Shown piece after piece: positions 40,931 to 53,200 of a stretch of 64,000 nt of DNA (positions are counted from its first letter, which is position 1; every line of letters starts with the position of its first letter). The stretch comes from Macrostomum lignano. Lineage: Eukaryota. The stretch is from assembly GCA_002269645.1 (NCBI GenBank), contig NIVC01000432.1, positions 1 through 64,000 of the forward strand, in the 5' to 3' direction. The notes under the pieces are model-generated. The model did no database searches. It had not been told where the DNA came from and saw only the letters and a program-made list of their open reading frames with translations. The position numbers and the translations under genes are program-made.

Positions 40931-42064
40931 ATGGATATAACAAAAGAGCTCATTAGACTTTTCGGCCCAAATTCTGACAAAGACATCACTCTAGAAAAAG
41001 AAATTTTTGGCCAGGGCGGTTACCTTAGTTTTCGCCGGCAAGCCACCGTCAACAAGGAAGAACGAACGCTGCACATATTCGTAAAATCGAGTGATCTAAC
41101 TCGCTCTGAGCTGGATCAGGCAGTGCGGCAGTTATGCAACCACTTTTGCCGAATAGAGTGCATATTTTATGGCCTGGTTGGACCCGTGCTGGAGCGGGTG
41201 ATGGAGCAGTACAACATTGAGCGGGTGTTCCCGAGAGCCTTCGGTCAGAAGATTAGCGACAAGGGCACGATTCTCGTTATGGAGGACATGACGAAGCAAG
41301 GCTTCAGCCTTGTCGATCGGAAATCATTCGGCATCGAGCAGGCTTACTGCGTAGTGAGGACCCTTGCCCGAATGCAGGCCGCGTTCTGGATCGCTCGGGT
41401 GAACTTCAACTACTCGCTGGACTCCGTGCTGTTCGGCCGCGAGTCGCCATTCGCTGATTGCATTAAAAGAAGTGGCGTTGATTTCAGGCCATTTGTCGAG
41501 CAAAGCTCAAAGTACTTTCTTAAACACATAGGAAAGCACGCTTCTCTAGAAGATGCTTCGCTGATTCGAGATACCGTGTTAAAATTCATCGATAATTTGA
41601 TGGAGGATCCGATGAAGGGGATGCCTTGCCTCAATGACGAGCCACTTGGACTTTCGCATGGCGATCTCTGGTTTTCTAACATTCTGTTTAAAGGCGATCA
41701 GAAAGACGGCACAACTTGCTGCTTACTGGACTGGCAGTTCTGGGACCTCAACGTCTTTGGCTTCGACCTTGGCCAGTTGATGTTTACAAGTTTATCCTTC
41801 GAAGCGATGCAGGAACACGCGGACAAGATCCCAAAGGAGTTCTATAGAATGTTCAAGGAGATCTACGAGTCGAAGACGGGCAGCCCTGTGCCGTTTCCAG
41901 AGGAAGCGGCACTTGGTAACATGAGGAAGTCGTTGTTCTACGCTATGTATTGGGTTGTTCGCTCTAGCATCCTGATTTGGGAAAGCGGCAACATTGATGT
42001 GACCAACATGCTGGCTAATATGGCCTTCGCAATTCGTACGGATCGAATCTGGTTTCCATTTTGA
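40931..42064 (+). CDS. EcKL / choline-kinase-like paralog D, intact intronless 377 aa
   Basis: GGYLS N-lobe motif, FVKS, LVMEDM hinge, Brenner-type HGDLWFSN and LLDWQF; APH/choline-kinase fold of the EcKinase/DUF227 type. Confidence 0.9.
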   Translation: MDITKELIRLFGPNSDKDITLEKEIFGQGGYLSFRRQATVNKEERTLHIFVKSSDLTRSELDQAVRQLCNHFCRIECIFYGLVGPVLERVMEQYNIERVFPRAFGQKISDKGTILVMEDMTKQGFSLVDRKSFGIEQAYCVVRTLARMQAAFWIARVNFNYSLDSVLFGRESPFADCIKRSGVDFRPFVEQSSKYFLKHIGKHASLEDASLIRDTVLKFIDNLMEDPMKGMPCLNDEPLGLSHGDLWFSNILFKGDQKDGTTCCLLDWQFWDLNVFGFDLGQLMFTSLSFEAMQEHADKIPKEFYRMFKEIYESKTGSPVPFPEEAALGNMRKSLFYAMYWVVRSSILIWESGNIDVTNMLANMAFAIRTDRIWFPF

Positions 42065-42134
42065 GCAACGCTGTTCACCCAGTCGAGAACAATAACGCTT
42101 AATCCTTTATGCTGACGAATAAATTAGTTCTATT

Positions 42135-42245
42135 TTCCCTTTATACGTCGTAGACTTTCCTGACCCTTTATATGTTCGTAGACTTTCCTGACCCTTTATA
42201 CGTTCGTAGACTTTCCTGACCCTTTATACGTTCGTATACTTTTCC
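42135..42245. repeat. 28-bp tandem repeat x4 (CCCTTTATACGTTCGTAGACTTTCCTGA) between convergent EcKL D and E
   Basis: Directly visible. Confidence 0.9.
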
Positions 42246-42907
42246 GACTGAGGAAATCAAAGACAGCTAGCCTCATATTGATTATAATTTACTTGCTCTG
42301 GGTTTCTATGCAAACTGACTTTAAAAAGTTCGTTGTTTTTTGCTACGAGTACTTCCAATAGGATGACTTGTTCCTGCTGAAGTTCGAATATACCGTTCCA
42401 TTAGCACTACACTTAACCCCCTAGTGAGTCAAATAAAAAGACAAGCTGAAAATAAAAATAAAAAACAAAAAGAAAGGCGCAACGACAGCGCTTATATATA
42501 GTCGAATTATAACTAAAGCGAAGAAAAGCTTCACCGAGTCGAGTTTAGACTACAACTAGCCCACGTTCAGCTCGAATTGGTAAAGTAATATATCGGTACA
42601 CTTACGAATCGTTCACCACGCCGTTTTTGCACTATCGCACTGACAGTAATAAAGCGTGTGCATTTACATAAGGTGTTTAGAGGCTTGTTTACACCGCCAT
42701 CAAATGAAATTACTCGACTAAATAGGAAGTGCTTTGACTTCACGAAAAAACCCTGCACTAATTTCGTTGCCTTGAAAAGGGAAAATTAAGTCAGCTACAA
42801 TACGAATTCTGATAATTTCGCTAGTAAAAAATTCATTTGTTTAAGTACCAGGTGAAAGCCAAAACATAATTGTTAGTAAAAAAATGGTAACACAAGAGAG
42901 GCAAGCC

Positions 42908-44047
42908 TTAGAATTCAAAAGGAAACATAATGCGCTTGGTGCGAATAGCGAACGCAACGTTAGCCAGCATGCTGGACACATCGACGTTGGCACTTTCCCA
43001 CAGCGTGCCGCTTGTGACGATAACCCAGAATAGAGCAGAAAACAGAGAGTGGCCCATGTTGCCCAGTGCGGCCTCCTCCGAGAATGGCACAGGGTTGCCC
43101 GTCTTCGACTCGTAGATCTCCTTGAATGTCCTGTAGAACTCCTTGGGAATCTTGTCCACGTGTTCCTGCATCGCCTCGGTCGACAAGCTAGAAATCATCA
43201 ACAAGCCGAGGTCGAGGCCGAAAACACTGACGTCCCAGAACTGCCAGTCAAATAGTCGACAAATCATACTGCCTCCATCACCCTTGAACATGAAGTTCGA
43301 GAACCAGAGGTCGCCATGCGATATTCCGACGGGCTCATCTGTGAACGCTGGAACCCCTTTCATTGGATCTGCGACTAAAGTTGCGATAAGCTTCTTCACA
43401 AGCTCTTGGATCAGCTCACGATCCGAATGTGACGGTACATGCTTGTGCAAGTTCTCAAAGAAGTACTTCGTGTTTTGTTCCAAAATTTCTTTGAGGTCAA
43501 CGCCACTCTTCCGAATTCCATCACTAAATGGCGACTCGCGGCCGAACAGCACGGAGTCCAGCGAGTAGTTGAAGTTCACCCGAGCGATCCAGAACGCGGC
43601 CTGCAGTCGGGCAAGGGTCCTCACTACGCAGTAAGCCTGCTCGATGCCGAATGACTTCCGATCGACAAGACTGAAGCCTTGCTTCGTCATGTCCTCCATA
43701 ACGAGAATCGTGCCCTTGTCGCTGATCTTCTGACCGAAGGCTCTCGGGAACACCCGCTCAATGTTGTACTGCTCCATGACCCGCTCCAGCACTGGGCCCG
43801 TCAAACCATAGAACACGACCTCGGTACGACAGAAGTGGTTGCTGACCAACTGCAGCGCATTTAGGTCAGACCGAGACACATCGCTAGATTTGATGAAGAT
43901 ATAGATAGGTACTTCGTTGTCTCTTGTAATTTTAACAGGCTTGCGGAAGCTGAGGTAACCACCCTGTCCAAACACCTCTTCTCCCTGAGTGATTTGCTTC
44001 TCAGAGTTCAGATCAAACAAGTGAACAAGTTCTGCTGCTATGTCCAT
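42908..44047 (-). CDS. EcKL / choline-kinase-like paralog E, intact intronless 379 aa
   Basis: Same motifs (GGYLS, FIKS, LVMEDM, HGDLWFSN, LFDWQF); complete ORF. Confidence 0.9.
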   Translation of the reverse strand: MDIAAELVHLFDLNSEKQITQGEEVFGQGGYLSFRKPVKITRDNEVPIYIFIKSSDVSRSDLNALQLVSNHFCRTEVVFYGLTGPVLERVMEQYNIERVFPRAFGQKISDKGTILVMEDMTKQGFSLVDRKSFGIEQAYCVVRTLARLQAAFWIARVNFNYSLDSVLFGRESPFSDGIRKSGVDLKEILEQNTKYFFENLHKHVPSHSDRELIQELVKKLIATLVADPMKGVPAFTDEPVGISHGDLWFSNFMFKGDGGSMICRLFDWQFWDVSVFGLDLGLLMISSLSTEAMQEHVDKIPKEFYRTFKEIYESKTGNPVPFSEEAALGNMGHSLFSALFWVIVTSGTLWESANVDVSSMLANVAFAIRTKRIMFPFEF

Positions 44048-45009
44048 GGCTGAACGGGGCTTTTGTGAGTTGAATGAGAAATATTTTTTAATTCGGCTTT
44101 CATTCGATAATGTAAGTCATTTAAATCATTCACACAATGGAAAGTTGTTTTAAGGTTAGATAAGGAGTTGTCTGTTGACGACAAACATTTCAGCGCTTAA
44201 TGCGGCCAGAGCGAACAACTCAACTCGACTTACTTAATTGGAGTTCTGATTGGTCTGCTCTCGGCACGAAAAATAGACCAGACTTTAGCTGAGGTCAAAG
44301 ATAGCTATGATAAAATCCAAATTTCAAGTGTTTTGCAACAATGCAACTAAGTGCACGTGATTGTGCTCGTGACAGAGGTAAAAATTGTAGCCTTGTAAAT
44401 ACTTTAAAGAGCAACGGGTTTTTTAATTTATGCGTTCCTTAAGAAAAACCCTGCTAAAAGTACAAGTACTTCATATTAGTCTGGTAGTCAGGACTTTTTA
44501 CGATCCGTTAACCGGACTAATACAGACAATATAACTTTGAAAACCGAGATTTACTATAGTGCCAAAGAACAAAAGCAATTCATTTATATTTTACAAGCTT
44601 TGTTTAAGAAGGTAAAAATATTGCTTAAGGCACTTGGACACGTATCCTAAATTATTCTCTATTCTTTACAAAGGAGCATTATTCATAAGTTCTTATCCAA
44701 CTCCTTGCTAAGCGCAAACGGAGAACTCAAAAAGGCGAATGCTAGTAGTCTAATGCTAGTAGTCTCTTATCAGTTTAGTAGCTAAAATACGACTAGAATT
44801 TCCATAGCAGCGACACACATACGAACTTAAAAAATCAGAACAGCTCACTAGACTGTTTGAATTCCAGTAAGTCACCCAGAAAAAGAGGGCAGTCAGTCAG
44901 GGTGGCCATAGCAATGAACGGTGCGTACAGTAAGTACGTAGTGAGCAGTCAGTTGTGACAAGTTGCAAGCGAAATGATGCTGTTAAGAACATCAGATTGA
45001 GCTAATAAC

Positions 45010-45830
45010 CTCCCAGTTGCATCACCGACTTTCCAGGACGTCAGATTGCGCTAACACGAGTAATCTCTCAAATGTGTCACCGGACTCCCAGTACCTCACA
45101 TTGCGCCAATAATCTCCCAAACGTCTCACAGCACTCCCAGAGCCTCACATTGCGCCAATAATCTCCCAAACGTCTCACAGCACTCCCAGAACCTCACATT
45201 GCGCCAATAATCTCCTAAACGTCTCACAGCACTCCCAGAACCTCACATTGCGCCAATAATCTCCCAAACGTCTCACAGCACTCCCAGAACCTCACATTGC
45301 GCGAATAATCTCCCAAGTGTCACCGCACTCCCAGAACCTCAGACTACACTAATAATCCCCCAAGTGTGTGACCGCACTCCCAGAACCTCAGACTACACTA
45401 ATAATCCCCCAAGTGTGTGACCGCACTCCCAGAACCTCAGACTACACTAATAATCCCCCAAGTGTGTGACCGCACTCCCAGAACCTCAGACTACACTAAT
45501 AATCTCCCAAATGTGTCACCGCACTCTCAAAACCTAAGTTACACCAACAATCTCCCAAATGTGTCACCGCACTCCCAGAGCCTCAGACTACACTAATAAT
45601 CTCCTAAGTGTGTCACCGCACTCCCAGAACCCCAGACTACACTAATAATCTCCCAAATGTGTCACCGCACTCCCAGAGCCTCAGACTACACTAATAATCT
45701 CCCAAGTGTGTCACCGCACTCCCAGAACCTCAGACTACACTAATAATCCCCCAAGTGTGTGACCGCACTCCCAGAACCTCAGACTACACTAATAATCTCC
45801 CAAATGTGTCACCGCACTCTTAGAACCTCA
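45010..45830. repeat. 49-bp minisatellite (GCACTCCCAGAACCTCAGACTACACTAATAATCTCCCAAATGTGTCACC) with two unit subtypes
   Basis: 49-bp spacing (45181/45230; 45361/45410); about 16 units; CACATTGCGCC subtype left, CAGACTACACT subtype right. Confidence 0.93.
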
Positions 45831-47246
45831 TAGCCCTAGTCAGCTAACAAAAAATAAACTATTAAACTAAAATACTTGGCTATAAAAATGAATCAGAATT
45901 AAATTCGAGTGATAGAGCGCTTAATTAATTTCTCTCTAGTGAACGAATCAATGTTGTTATATTTTAAGTACAGCAACCATAAATAACTGTATTTAACCCA
46001 TAATCTGCCCACAAACTGCTTTTAATAATTGGAATTCAAGAATTGGACACTTTCTGCAAGAAAAAAACAGATTATACATTTCATAATCAATAATAAAGTC
46101 CAATTTTGCATCAGAGAGAATCTTATTGAAAAGGACATTGTCTACTAGATAGATATCACGCAACAAAACAGACAGTTTATTGTAGAATTCCAAACATTAA
46201 AAATTAATTAATATTTTGGCTTGACAAAACAAGAATGTAGAAAAGCGCCATCCAACCACCTGCACATCCGGAATGAACTGTAGATTTTACTATCATACAA
46301 ACAAAAATCTGAATAAACATTGCATTATTTTCCAAAATCGATCAAGATCACAATTTACACCGTAGTACCGTACAAAGCTGAAATTAATTCCACAAATTAA
46401 GGGAGGGCTAAACTGACACCCAGTTTTTCACCAGCTGAAAAACATTTTCATTTAAAGCATCAAAATTATATAATCATTGGGATTATTGGCATTACAAGAC
46501 TGTCTATCAATCGTCAAATTTGAATAAACTGCAAACATGTAGTCTGCAGACTTGAGCAACTTCTTTGGGTCAGATTGTAAAGGCCTGGGTAGGGATGTTG
46601 CTATGTTATTTGATTTTGAACTCTTTCTTTCACTGAAGAAAGATGCGACGTCAATTCCGGCTTTCAATGTGGCATCCTGAATGCACCCTGGCAACCAGCT
46701 TGTAACATTTCGGGGAGGCTTGATAAATAAAGTTAACTAAATATCATGCATTAATTAGTATTGTCAGTTTGAAGCGATGGTACACACACGGTGAGTGGGC
46801 ACCAACAATTCTTTACAATATTAGAACACATCGCAACCATACTACTAGTCAGTAGGAAACATAGAATATTAATTTCTTAAATGACAAACTGAACTCTGGA
46901 TTCAAGACAACGCTACAAAAAAATACAGCGATATGGAAACTGTGGAGATATAACGAAGGATTATAATTAATAAACACAATAGCCAAGTATAAAAATATTG
47001 TGTACTGCAGTTTTTTGCGCAGAAATTAAAATTAAAAGTGTGACACAATCGCTTATATTTTCTTTTTTTGTTTAAAACAACGAGACAAACGGGAAAAAGA
47101 GCAAAGACTGGAAGCGCATGCAACTGGGACAGATTTCATTTTTCTCGATAACAGAGCTCCTTAATATACAGTGACTGCATAGTCTGCTTATTGTGTAATC
47201 AAAAGCTATAGTAGCCTTGGCGTGAGACAACGGACAGACAGCTAGA

Positions 47247-50200
47247 CTAGCAGCACTTCTTCTTAGACGATTGTCCAGGACTGACTCGGGTGATTCTCAC
47301 GCCTCCGCCTGTGCCGCCACCGTCGGATGCGGCGCTCTGCGCACCCTTGGTCTTCAGAATCTCCGACGTTATTGTGCGAAACATCTGCAAATAACCATAC
47401 GTACGGGGATATATGACTGGCTGGCTGACTGACTGACTGACTGACTGGCTGACTGACTGACTGACTGATTGACTGACTGGCTGACTGACTGACTGACTGA
47501 TTGACTGACTGACTGATTGACTGACTGACTGACTGACTGGCTGGCTGACTGATTGACTGACTGACTGACTGGCTGGCTGACTGATTGACTGACTGACTGA
47601 CTGATTGACTGACTGACTGATTGACTGACTGACTGACTGACTGGCTGGCTGACTGATTGACTGACTGACTGACTGACTGGCTGGCTGACTGATTGACTGA
47701 CTGACTGATTGACTGACTGACTGGCTGACTGACTGATTGACTGACTGACTGATTGACTGACTGACTGACTGACTGACTCACTCACTCACTCACTGACTGA
47801 TTGATTGACTGACTGACTGACTGACTGACTGACTGATTGACTGACTGACTGACTGATTGACTGACTGACTGGCTGACTGATTGACTGACTGACTGACTGA
47901 CTGACTGACTGGCTGGCTGACTGATTGACTGACTGACTGATTGACTGACTGATTGACTGACTGGCTGACTGACTGACTGACTGACTGACTGACTGACTGA
48001 CTGACTGACTGACTGACTGACTCACTCACTCACTCACTCACTGACTGATTGATTGACTGACTGACTGACTCACTGAGTTACTGACTGATTGACTGGCTGG
48101 CTGGCTGGCTGGCTGACTGACTGACTGACTGATTGACTGACTGACTGACTGACTGAATGACTGACTGATCTATTAAGTTGCAATCGACAATGCAGAAGTT
48201 TCGAAGCCTTACCAAGTCAACATTTACATTGTCCTTAGCCGAGGTTTCAATACTCAGCACTCCGTATTCGTTAGCAACTGTTTTCAAATCCGAGGTTGCC
48301 ACCGCTTTAGTCTCGGGACTGTCGTTCTTGTTGCCAACTAATTGGATTTAAAAATAGAGATGCAGTTTTAAGATTTTATTTTAATAATTAGAAAAACATG
48401 ACAAGCTACTTTTAGTAGAATGAATGGCTATCCTTAGGGGGCCATTGCAGCTCATCCACAGCCTAACTGAAATTATTATTGTTATTATTATTATTATTAT
48501 GGTTATTCTTACCTAGCAGCTTAGACACATTTGATGGACAATTATGGTTAATCTCCTCGAACCAGCGTTTAACGTTGGCAAAAGTGGGACCAGAATTGAC
48601 ATCGAAAACCACAATTATACCGTGCGCACCTCGATAATATGTGGCAGTGATTGTGCGAAATCGTTCCTGACCTGCATAGCAGAGAAATTCAAAGTTAGTC
48701 ATGATTAACTAAGAAACTGCAAATTTCACAAATCTCCATCAGAACTAACCAGCCGTGTCCCAAATCTGCAGTTTCACTCTGACTCCATCAATGTCGAGCG
48801 TTTTTATCTTGAAGTCAACACCGATGGTAGTGATGTAGTTGCTTGAAAATGTGTCATCAGTGTAGCGCAGAAGAAGAGCACTCTTGCCCACTCCTACAGA
48901 TGGATAAACAGAGTTGCATTGCCTCAACAGTAGCTGTCACAAACACTACATGGACTGTTGGACTTCTTTGAGTAATTGTCTAGGGTGCTTTAGAGAATTA
49001 AGAAAGCTCAAGATTATAACAGTATAACAATATGAAAGAAAAAAATTTTTGGGTAATTACAATATGTACTTAAAAACTTTGAGATTATTTAGAGCAAAAA
49101 TAGTTTCCTGGAATTATAGGATACTGTTTTAATAGGTGTCTAATTATAATCTAAGAAAAAATTAGATAATTTATTATTGATAATAATTAATAATCGCTTT
49201 TTGAAGTGTCCTAAGGTGAAGTATTCTAAAGTATCCTATTTTGTATAGTTTGTCCAATATATTACTTAGTATCCTTGGCTAAGATCCTTGCTTATAATTA
49301 TGCAAAGATATAATACTATAATACTAGCTTTCAATAATAAAGAACATACTTTCTATATATTCTTTATAATAAAACAACTGACAAAGTGTGGTAGTGCAAA
49401 CTCCCACTGAAGTTTTATTATTTTAAATTTTCTAATAACATATTACAGACTGATGGTGGACTTTCCCATTTTGCTATCAACCCGTTTGTGGCCCTATCTG
49501 CCCACCTTGTGGCGCAGTTCTATGACCTATTTTTGGTCCCCATTCTGGCCTACCCGCCCTTTTTCTGGCCTTGCATGTCCCTTGTTCTGTTTTTATTCTT
49601 TTCCCCTCTGTATTTTCTGCGGACACTTTTGCTCGCCAAGTTCTGGACCCCAGTGTCCATGCCCTGTCCCCATTCTCTGAACCACTTTGCCCACCTTCTG
49701 CTCCCCCTTTTTGTATTTATTTGGCCTCATTTGGCCCAATTCTATAAAGCTCTTCTTCCTCCTCTTCCTGCTCTCCTCTACTATTTTCTCGAATTTTTGC
49801 TTAACTAGTGCTCTGTGGAATAGACCCTAATACATTAATTGCGACTAGCTAATTTCTTTGCTTAGACTCATCCAATCTTTAATTTAGAGCCTAACACTGT
49901 GGCTCCACCGGCATCATTTATTGTCAAGTCAACCTGAACATTAATACTTTGCCAGCCTACTAATAATAATAAAACAAACATCAACCTACTTAATATCTTT
50001 TGCTTAATACTTAATTGAGAGCCATAGCCTATCTTAAGTCATTTGCCTATGGGCGTAAAATAACCAAGTTCTCAACTTAAGGAGAGCCCTGAAACTTCAA
50101 CATTCCATAATACATAAATTATAGTGTTGGCAACACTATTCTACTGATAGTAATAAGTCAAGCATATGAGGTACATTAATTTCGATGTCTAAGGACCCAC

Positions 50201-53200
50201 TCTGAACACTTGCGCCTAACGAAGACCACTCGTCTATAACCAAAACTACCCTCCCCCCTAGGGCCCAGAATTGAAGACCCTGGCAGCCAGAGTATTTAGG
50301 AGAAATTTCATTGAGATTTGTCTGCGCAATTTTCTGGATTTAATTTGTACGAGCTTAACACCAGCAGTAATTCAAAAGACAGAACTGCCCCAATTTGGTG
50401 TCAAACCAGGCAACCACCAACAAATTTTCTTTTCTCTGAATCTCCATCCTTATCTCAAAAGCTTGCTCCATATGTACATAGAGCATGTGTATTTTGAAGA
50501 GTGGAAAGGGTGAAGCATAGAGCAGGGATACAAAGAGCCTTATAGTAGGCCAGAGTGATATGAGTATTTGTCCCCCAGCCTCTAGACACATAGATTCCCT
50601 AGAGGGTGAGCCAGCCAATTGGGGCTAGGCCCACACTGCAAAGAGAGGCAGGTGACACATCCTTGCCAAGACAGTGCATGAGACACTAGGGACAATAGAC
50701 TGCCTAGGGGCAGAGTGCACTCTCTGCTACAATAATATATTTTGACTTAATTTCCTTGTTCTTAAAACTTCTTTTAAATTCAATAAAAATAGGTATCAAT
50801 AAATCAATAACATTCTGGAGCAAAAGAACTAATTCAATATTATAGACAATTTATCTTCAAGCATTTTTGTCCAGGCCTCTTTATCTAATTTTAACAAGGT
50901 AATTTCATTTAAAATACAAGACATAATGTCCAAAAATTAAGATAGTTTTTGAAAATTCTGTTGCTTTTTAGTTGTGTCAGACAAAGTGCTATCATGTCTA
51001 TAAAATTACCACATTCATTATTTAATATTAATATTATGACCTTGTTAATACGCTATGCATTGAAATAATACTTTGTTTATTGATCATGATAATATGGTAG
51101 TAGTATTTATATTTTTAAGAATGCCTATTTCTTAATTTTAAAAAAATAATATTTGTTTTAATAAACAAAATATTCTCAGTTTGTAAAATTTGTTATAAAT
51201 ATACCCAAAACTTGTTATAAATAGGAGTAAAGTTTTAGGAAAAAGACTAACTTGGTTCTTGCCTTGTTGTCAAGCTATAAAGCATAGAAACTTGTTTTCA
51301 GATTCATAAGTGTCAGTCATTTGGTGGTAAGAGATTCTAAGAAGTGTTTAGAAAACTCCCGAAGTGAATCAAGAGTACATGCATTAGAAGTACATGCTAA
51401 GAGCAAGTGCTGTGACCCTCTAATCTTGGTAATGCCTATAGACCAAAGAAGTAGTACATATACTAGTAAGACTACTCAGGCTACAAAGAATGCTACCAGA
51501 ATGCTACTAGAACACTACTTAGACTTATACAAAGAAAAGGTAGACTACAGCAATAGGATTATTAAAAGAGAATTTTAGAACTAGTACAACTTTAAATATG
51601 TATAAAACTGTAGTAAGGTTGTATAATTTTATCACTTATTAATAAAGTTTTTGAAATAAGCTATAAGGACTTAAATTTCTTATCTTACTCCATGAAAAAT
51701 GTAAATAGCATTGGTCATATACTAGTATGCATATTGAAGTTATAGCCATAAGATATGAGATATGAGATTAGCCATAAGAAATTGCTATAGGATGAGATTG
51801 CCTCCTTTTAAAGCCTAGGAGCTACTTGGCTTCTTGAGTTTGATCTTGACATAGCATTATAGATAAGGATATAATTCAAATTAGGAGTCTACAATATTAG
51901 AAATCCTAATTGTCAATGTTGACAATGACATTCATCTTATGTTTATGCAAAATTATATTTTAGTCAAATATCTAAGTGATATAGAGTTAGGCAAAGTGCA
52001 CTAGTATAAGGCTACTAAACTCAATAAACTAGCTTACTGACCCAACAAGGCACATAGCACTAATAAGGCATGAACTAATGAATTGAACAAGGGGTAGTTG
52101 AGGAAGGCAACTTAGAATAGGCTTTTTTATCATCTTAGTAAAAAGTGTTGTGACTGTGAGCAAGCCCTATTGCAGCGCATGGCTTAAGTACGCCAGACGC
52201 CTACACAACCTGCGCCACGCTGTGAAATGACTTACCTGTGAAAGAAACCTAAAGCAAAGTTAACGCAGTTTTGGGTAAACGGCAGGAGTAACTATGACTG
52301 TCTTATCAAGCCTAAATGCCTCGGCATCTAATTAGTACTGCGCCGCGCCGTACTAATCGCCGCGCGCGTATGCGCCGCGCCGCGCCGTATTAGATCCGCG
52401 CCGGACGCCGTCCGCCAAAATGCCCATGCGCTGCAATCAGGCGAGCAAGGGGTAACACATTAGAGCCTGTCTAGGCTTGATACCCTGTCTGTTGCATACC
52501 CAATGCACCCATGCTCCTTTTCCCAAGCACAGACAGCATGACTAAGCTGTCTCATCCCCTGGCCTCCCCACCCTACAGTTTGTATAAGTAATGTCTATGT
52601 GCTGGTATCGCTCTGTCTTACCTAGTCTCTCTTGTGACCCAATCTAAGGCCCTGTGTGGAGGTGGTACAAGAAATAGGTTCTGTTAAATACACAGGCCCT
52701 GCTTGCATGAGGGGCTAAGAAGTTAAGAGTGCCAAATGTGCTGTAACTCTATCAGTCTATAAGACTTGCAATTCTTTGTCAGCCAATAACATTACAGGGC
52801 AGTTAGAACAAAAAGGATAGCTTACAATGCATTTGCATTGATTAGTAATATTAATGAAGTTATAAAACCATGCACTTTTTGCTACTTCTAAAAGAAGAGC
52901 CTTTTACAAGCATATGATTCAAAATGAAACAAAATGATTCTTATTTGGCTATTATCTTTTAGCAATTTGAAAAAGCCAATCTAAAAATCAACATAAATGC
53001 AAGCTTTGAAAAGATCAAGTAAGGGTTTTAACTTTGTCATTGCCTAGGATATAGAAGCAGATATGGCTAAGATTGACACCATTAAAAACTAGTGCAAACT
53101 AACAGATAAGAGCTAGTTGCTAGTTTTCCTTGGATTTGCAAACTACTACAAGAAATTTATATTTATTTTTTTGAAATTGCATTTTTACTATATTTATGGT

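Noticed and set aside
34522-43864. Conserved antisense ORFs (e.g. 34522-34947, 39389-39688, 41410-41682, 43143-43568)
   Set aside because: Recurrence simply reflects paralogy of the kinase sense strands.
38040-44400. GATA-factor (WGATAA) sites upstream of the EcKL genes suggesting gut expression
   Set aside because: About 2-4 sites per intergenic region is close to chance at this AT content.
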